A stretch of DNA of 64,000 nucleotides from Planctomycetota bacterium (lineage in GTDB: Bacteria > Planctomycetota > GCA-002687715 > CAIWVZ01): positions 96,001 to 160,000 of the forward strand of contig JBGANV010000002.1 in assembly GCA_044222185.1 (NCBI GenBank), written 5' to 3'. The translations under genes were made by a program, and so were the position numbers. Positions 60,378-64,000 of the stretch are shown in pieces. Numbering within the stretch: the stretch's first letter is position 1; each line of letters begins with the position of its first letter. A model generated the notes under the pieces. The model saw only the letters and a program-made list of their open reading frames with translations. It did no database searches and had not been told where the DNA came from.

Positions 60378-61220
60378 TCAACTCCTCGAGACCATCGGAC
60401 GCCGCACGGCACGGAACCGGCGACGCCACAGGAAATCAGCCACCATGAGCAAGAGCGCCGCACACCCGGCGCTCACCAGGAGGAAATCCACGCGCGACGT
60501 GCCTTGCGCAGCGGTGGAAGTCTCCGCGGCGTTCTTGAGATAGGCGACGACGCCCAGGATCTCCTCGCCTTCGAGGGGATGCGTGCGGAAGACCGGGCCC
60601 ATGACCGGCGACGGCGGCGCCGAGAGCCACGCTGCGATCGCCTTGCGGCCTTCGAGACGGGCGTAGGCCGCCGTCAGATCGGGCCCGAGCGCCCCGCCGC
60701 CCAGTCCGCCGAGAGGCGCCGTCGTGTGGCACGAGTTGCACGGAGGTGCCCCGCTCTTGAACGCCGCGCGGCCGGTGAACAGCGCCTCGCCGGTCACGAT
60801 GTCTGTCGCATTCAGGGGGCGATCGCTGATCGTCAGCCCCATGAAGTGAGACTTCTCGAGCTTGGACTCCGCCGCGATCATCGCGACGAGCTTCCCCGCG
60901 AGCGCCGCGTCGATTCCCGGCAGCGTGGGCATCACGACGCCGCGGGCCTCTTCGAGCAACTTGCGGGCGTACGGGTCACCCGAATCGATGACTTTCTTCG
61001 GATCCGGAATGAACGCCGTCAGCCAGGCGCGATCCCGTCGGTCCTGGACGTTCTTGAGATCGGGGCCTGCGAGACGCCCGCCGCCGATCGTGTGGCAACT
61101 GGAGCAGTTGCGCTTGAAGAAGTCGAGCGTCTCCTCCGAAGGCGCGTCCTGGGCCCAGAGCGTGGGACACGAACTGAAGAGGACGACGAAGGTTGCGAGG
61201 GTCGCGGTGATTCGCGTCAC
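60378..61220 (-). CDS. narC: Di-heme cytochrome c with C-terminal membrane anchor, NarC-like
   Basis: Signal peptide, CSSCH...GPDL...MP, CNSCH...GPDL...VM, C-terminal TM; directly upstream of narG as in Thermus narCGHJIK. Confidence 0.85.
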   Translation of the reverse strand: MTRITATLATFVVLFSSCPTLWAQDAPSEETLDFFKRNCSSCHTIGGGRLAGPDLKNVQDRRDRAWLTAFIPDPKKVIDSGDPYARKLLEEARGVVMPTLPGIDAALAGKLVAMIAAESKLEKSHFMGLTISDRPLNATDIVTGEALFTGRAAFKSGAPPCNSCHTTAPLGGLGGGALGPDLTAAYARLEGRKAIAAWLSAPPSPVMGPVFRTHPLEGEEILGVVAYLKNAAETSTAAQGTSRVDFLLVSAGCAALLLMVADFLWRRRFRAVRRPMVSRS

Positions 61221-61249
61221 GGGTGGTCTCCCGGCTGCCGCGCAGGAAG

Positions 61250-61265
61250 ATCAAACTCCGTGCCA
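61250..61265 (-). promoter_or_regulatory. Candidate sigma54 (-24/-12) promoter of the nar-act operon
   Basis: Minus strand TGGCACGGAGTTTGAT against consensus TGGCACG-N4-TTGCW, about 30 nt before the narC start; adjacent to a sigma54 activator gene. Confidence 0.65.
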
Positions 61266-61307
61266 CTTCGCCGCGCGACTCGCTCTCACGCGGAGGGACT
61301 GACTTGC

Positions 61308-61331
61308 GGCGAAAACCGCGAAGTTTTCGCC
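61308..61331. promoter_or_regulatory. Perfect 9-bp inverted repeat upstream of the sigma54 site (possible regulator binding site)
   Basis: ggcgaaaac-cgcgaa-gttttcgcc. Confidence 0.35.
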
Positions 61332-61460
61332 AGCGGCTGGCGCATGCGGCGACGGCCGGACCATCCCGGCCGCATACGCGTCTATGCACCTCCGCAGCGC
61401 CCGGTATGCGGTCGCGATGCGAGCGTTCGTGCGCCGCCCGACCGACGCGGGGTCGCCCTC

Positions 61461-62870
61461 TCAGTCGAAGTGCGTGCGCTCGATCCCGAGCTGGCGCATG
61501 ATCCGCTGGAGCGCTGCGCGCGTCAGCCCGCAGCGTTCAGCTGCGTGCGAGATGTTCCCCTTCGCGCGCTCGAGTGCGCGCTGCACGTACTCGCGCTGGA
61601 ACCGCTCGATGGCGCGTTGCTTCTCCGCGTTGTAGTCGGCGTCGCCGTCGTCGGCGGCACCCGCCGGTGCCGAGTCCCAGCCGGAGTCACGCAGCCCGAG
61701 GTGGTGCGGGAGGATCCGGTCCCCGGGCGACACGACGACGGCGCGTTGCAACGTATTCGCGAGCTCGCGCACGTTGCCTGGCCAGCGGTGTGCCTTCAGG
61801 GCGCCCAGTGCATCGTCGGACAGAACCGGCTCCGCGGCCCCTGGCGGGAGGCAGGCCTTGGCAGCTTCCGCAAGAAAGTGCCGCGCGAGAGGTTCGACGT
61901 CGCGGGGTCGTTCGCGCAGCGGCGGGATGAACACCCGGACGACGCCCAGCCGATAGAACAGGTCCTCTCGAAACTCGCCTCGGCGGATCATGGGCTCGAG
62001 GTCGCGATTCGTGGCGCACACAAGGCGGAATTCCACGGCGACGTCCGCCGCGCCTCCCAGGGGCCGCACCACGTGATCCTGCAGGACCCGCAGGAGCTTG
62101 CCCTGAAACGACTGCGACATCGACGAGACCTCGTCGAGGAAGACGGTGCCACCGCGCGCCGCGACGAAGAGCCCTTCGCGATCGCGGTCCGCACCCGTGA
62201 AGGCTCCACGCCGATGGCCGAAGAGCTCCGACTCCAGGAGCGTGTCCGGGAGCGCGGCGGCGTTGACCGCGAGGAACGGCCGCGACGCCACGGAACTCCT
62301 CGCGTGGATCGCCCGCGCGACCAGCTCCTTGCCCGTTCCGCTTTCGCCTTCGACGAGCACGGGGACGGGGCTTCGCGCGGCACGATCGACCAGGTCCATC
62401 ACCCGCAACATGGCGGGATCGATTCCGATCAGCGGCGCTCCGCGTGGAACGTCCCGATGCTGCGCCGCGCGCGCCGCGAGCACCTGCAGCCCGAGTCGCT
62501 CGACGACCTGCACGACCTCGTCGTTGTCGAACGGCTTCGTCAGGAAATGCGCGGCCCCCGATCGCAACGACTGCACGGCCGTCTGGATCGTGCCGAAACC
62601 AGTGACGATGACGACCTGCGTCGTGCGCGACCGCGTCTTCACTTCCGTGAGGAGTTCGGTCCCCGACATCCGCGGCATCATCAGGTCGGTCACCACGACG
62701 TCCGCGGGCTCGGCGTCGAACATGCGGAGCGCCTCCGCGCCGTCGCGAGCGGCCCGGACATCGGCGCCGAGACGTTCGAGCAGACGCGTCAGCCCGAGCC
62801 TGATGTCCGCCTCGTCGTCCACGACGAGGATGTGGACGCCTCCGAGGGTCCGGCTTGCCGGCGTCGTCAT
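61461..62870 (-). CDS. Sigma54-dependent (NtrC-family) response regulator
   Basis: ILVVDDE...TDLMMP REC domain, [46 protein letters not shown]; ATGA overlap with the kinase. Confidence 0.93.
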   Translation of the reverse strand: MTTPASRTLGGVHILVVDDEADIRLGLTRLLERLGADVRAARDGAEALRMFDAEPADVVVTDLMMPRMSGTELLTEVKTRSRTTQVVIVTGFGTIQTAVQSLRSGAAHFLTKPFDNDEVVQVVERLGLQVLAARAAQHRDVPRGAPLIGIDPAMLRVMDLVDRAARSPVPVLVEGESGTGKELVARAIHARSSVASRPFLAVNAAALPDTLLESELFGHRRGAFTGADRDREGLFVAARGGTVFLDEVSSMSQSFQGKLLRVLQDHVVRPLGGAADVAVEFRLVCATNRDLEPMIRRGEFREDLFYRLGVVRVFIPPLRERPRDVEPLARHFLAEAAKACLPPGAAEPVLSDDALGALKAHRWPGNVRELANTLQRAVVVSPGDRILPHHLGLRDSGWDSAPAGAADDGDADYNAEKQRAIERFQREYVQRALERAKGNISHAAERCGLTRAALQRIMRQLGIERTHFD

Positions 62871-64000
62871 GCCGCGACTCCGATCCGCCGGCGCAGACGC
62901 ACGCGGAAGACCGTGCCCGCGGGCCCCGTCGAGATCAGTTCGACGCCGCCGCCGTGCATCTCGGCGATTCGGCGCGCCGTCGACAATCCGAGCCCCGTCC
63001 CCTCGCCCCGCGGCTTCGTCGTGAAGAATGGTTTGAAGACCATGTCGCGCGTTTCCGGCGGAATCCCCGGACCCGAATCCGCGATGTCCACTTCGATCCA
63101 ATCGCCGCTCGATCGAGACGTGATCGTCACCGAGCCTCCCCCGCGCGCGCTCATCGCCTGGATGGCGTTCACGATCAGGTTGACGAAGACCTGGCGGATC
63201 TGAACTTCGTCGCCGCTGACGTCGACCGGCTCGGAACCCAGTTCGAGGTTCATCGACACGCCAGCTCGCTCGCGCACGGGCCGCAGGAAACCCGCCACGT
63301 CTTCCAGCACGCCGTTGACGTCGACGGAGGCGACCTCGGGCGTGGCGCCCGTGGCGTAGTCCAGGAGCTCGCGAATCGTGCGCTTGCACGCATCGACGTT
63401 GCGACGGATGACGCTCGTGTGTTCGCGAAGCGGCGACTCCGCTTCGAGATCGCTCTCCAACATCTGCGTGAAGAGGCTGCACGCGGCCAGCGGATTGTTC
63501 AACTCGTGCGCCATCACCGCGGCCACTTCGCCGAGGACCGACAAGCGCTCCTGATGGATCTGCCGCTCGTCCTGCGCGATGCGGTCCGTGATGTCGCGTG
63601 CGACGAGAACGCGGCCCGAACGACCGCGTCCGTCCCGCGGGAGCCGCGTCGTGTGGATCTCGTACGAACCGCCGTCGATGTCCACGATGCAGTTTCGGGG
63701 TGTCGCCTCCGGATCGAAGAGGCACTCACCGCACCCGCCGCGCGCGCGCGTCTCGTGGCAGCGGTGATGGCCGGCGGCCGCATCCTGGTTCTCGATCAGC
63801 TTGAGGAGAGGGCGAGCGGCGGCATTCGCCACGACGGGTCGTCCGTCCGAATCGACCACGACGAGGCCATCGTGCATGGACGAGATCACGGCGGCGAGCC
63901 GGTCGCCTTCCCGCCGAAGCTCGGCCTGCCGCTCCGTCAGGTCGGCAGCGGCGCGCTCGAGGCGCGAGGTCCGTTCCTGGACGGCCGCCGCCATGACGTT
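62867..64000 (-). CDS. Sensor histidine kinase (PAS-HisKA-HATPase), 5' end beyond the window
   Basis: VISSMHDGLVVVD (PAS), MAHELNNPL, NLIVNAIQAM, DSGPGI, PFFTTK, GTGLGL. Confidence 0.92.
   Translation of the reverse strand, partial: NVMAAAVQERTSRLERAAADLTERQAELRREGDRLAAVISSMHDGLVVVDSDGRPVVANAAARPLLKLIENQDAAAGHHRCHETRARGGCGECLFDPEATPRNCIVDIDGGSYEIHTTRLPRDGRGRSGRVLVARDITDRIAQDERQIHQERLSVLGEVAAVMAHELNNPLAACSLFTQMLESDLEAESPLREHTSVIRRNVDACKRTIRELLDYATGATPEVASVDVNGVLEDVAGFLRPVRERAGVSMNLELGSEPVDVSGDEVQIRQVFVNLIVNAIQAMSARGGGSVTITSRSSGDWIEVDIADSGPGIPPETRDMVFKPFFTTKPRGEGTGLGLSTARRIAEMHGGGVELISTGPAGTVFRVRLRRRIGVAA

Noticed and set aside
36671-63203. Very long plus-strand ORFs (36671..39760, 46096..49332, 60504..63203 and others)
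   Set aside because: Antisense to well-supported minus-strand genes; expected in high-GC DNA; Arg/Ala/Gly-rich with no motifs.

Overview
High-GC bacterial genomic window. It is most likely from a Planctomycetota genome, inferred from an ECF sigma factor paired with a Ser/Thr kinase, Tat-exported Gfo/Idh/MocA proteins, HEAT-repeat proteins and sulfatase-like proteins. Left to right it contains: a Ser/Thr kinase (runs off the window) and ECF sigma; a DUF885 protein; a complete trans-4-hydroxy-L-proline catabolic operon; a secreted beta-propeller/di-heme cytochrome c protein; a sigma54 response regulator with a hybrid kinase interrupted by one in-frame amber codon; a Trx-like/TPR gene, fmt and rsmB; a HEAT-repeat protein; an ApbE - Tat Gfo/Idh/MocA - membrane cytochrome c trio; a REP-associated tyrosine transposase flanked by REP doublets, with a sister doublet 13 kb away; a surface-polymer modification block (sulfatase-like, AlgI, AlgJ/X, two GT-C-like proteins); and a second Tat Gfo/Idh/MocA. 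The standout feature is a 19.5-kb, 15-gene minus-strand unit, narC-narGHJI-narK1-narK2-actABCDEF-CMD-porin. It joins a Thermus-type (NarC-containing) nitrate reductase to a full alternative complex III with no terminal oxidase genes, behind a sigma54-like promoter and an adjacent two-component system. All calls come from motif recognition by eye; no database searches were run.
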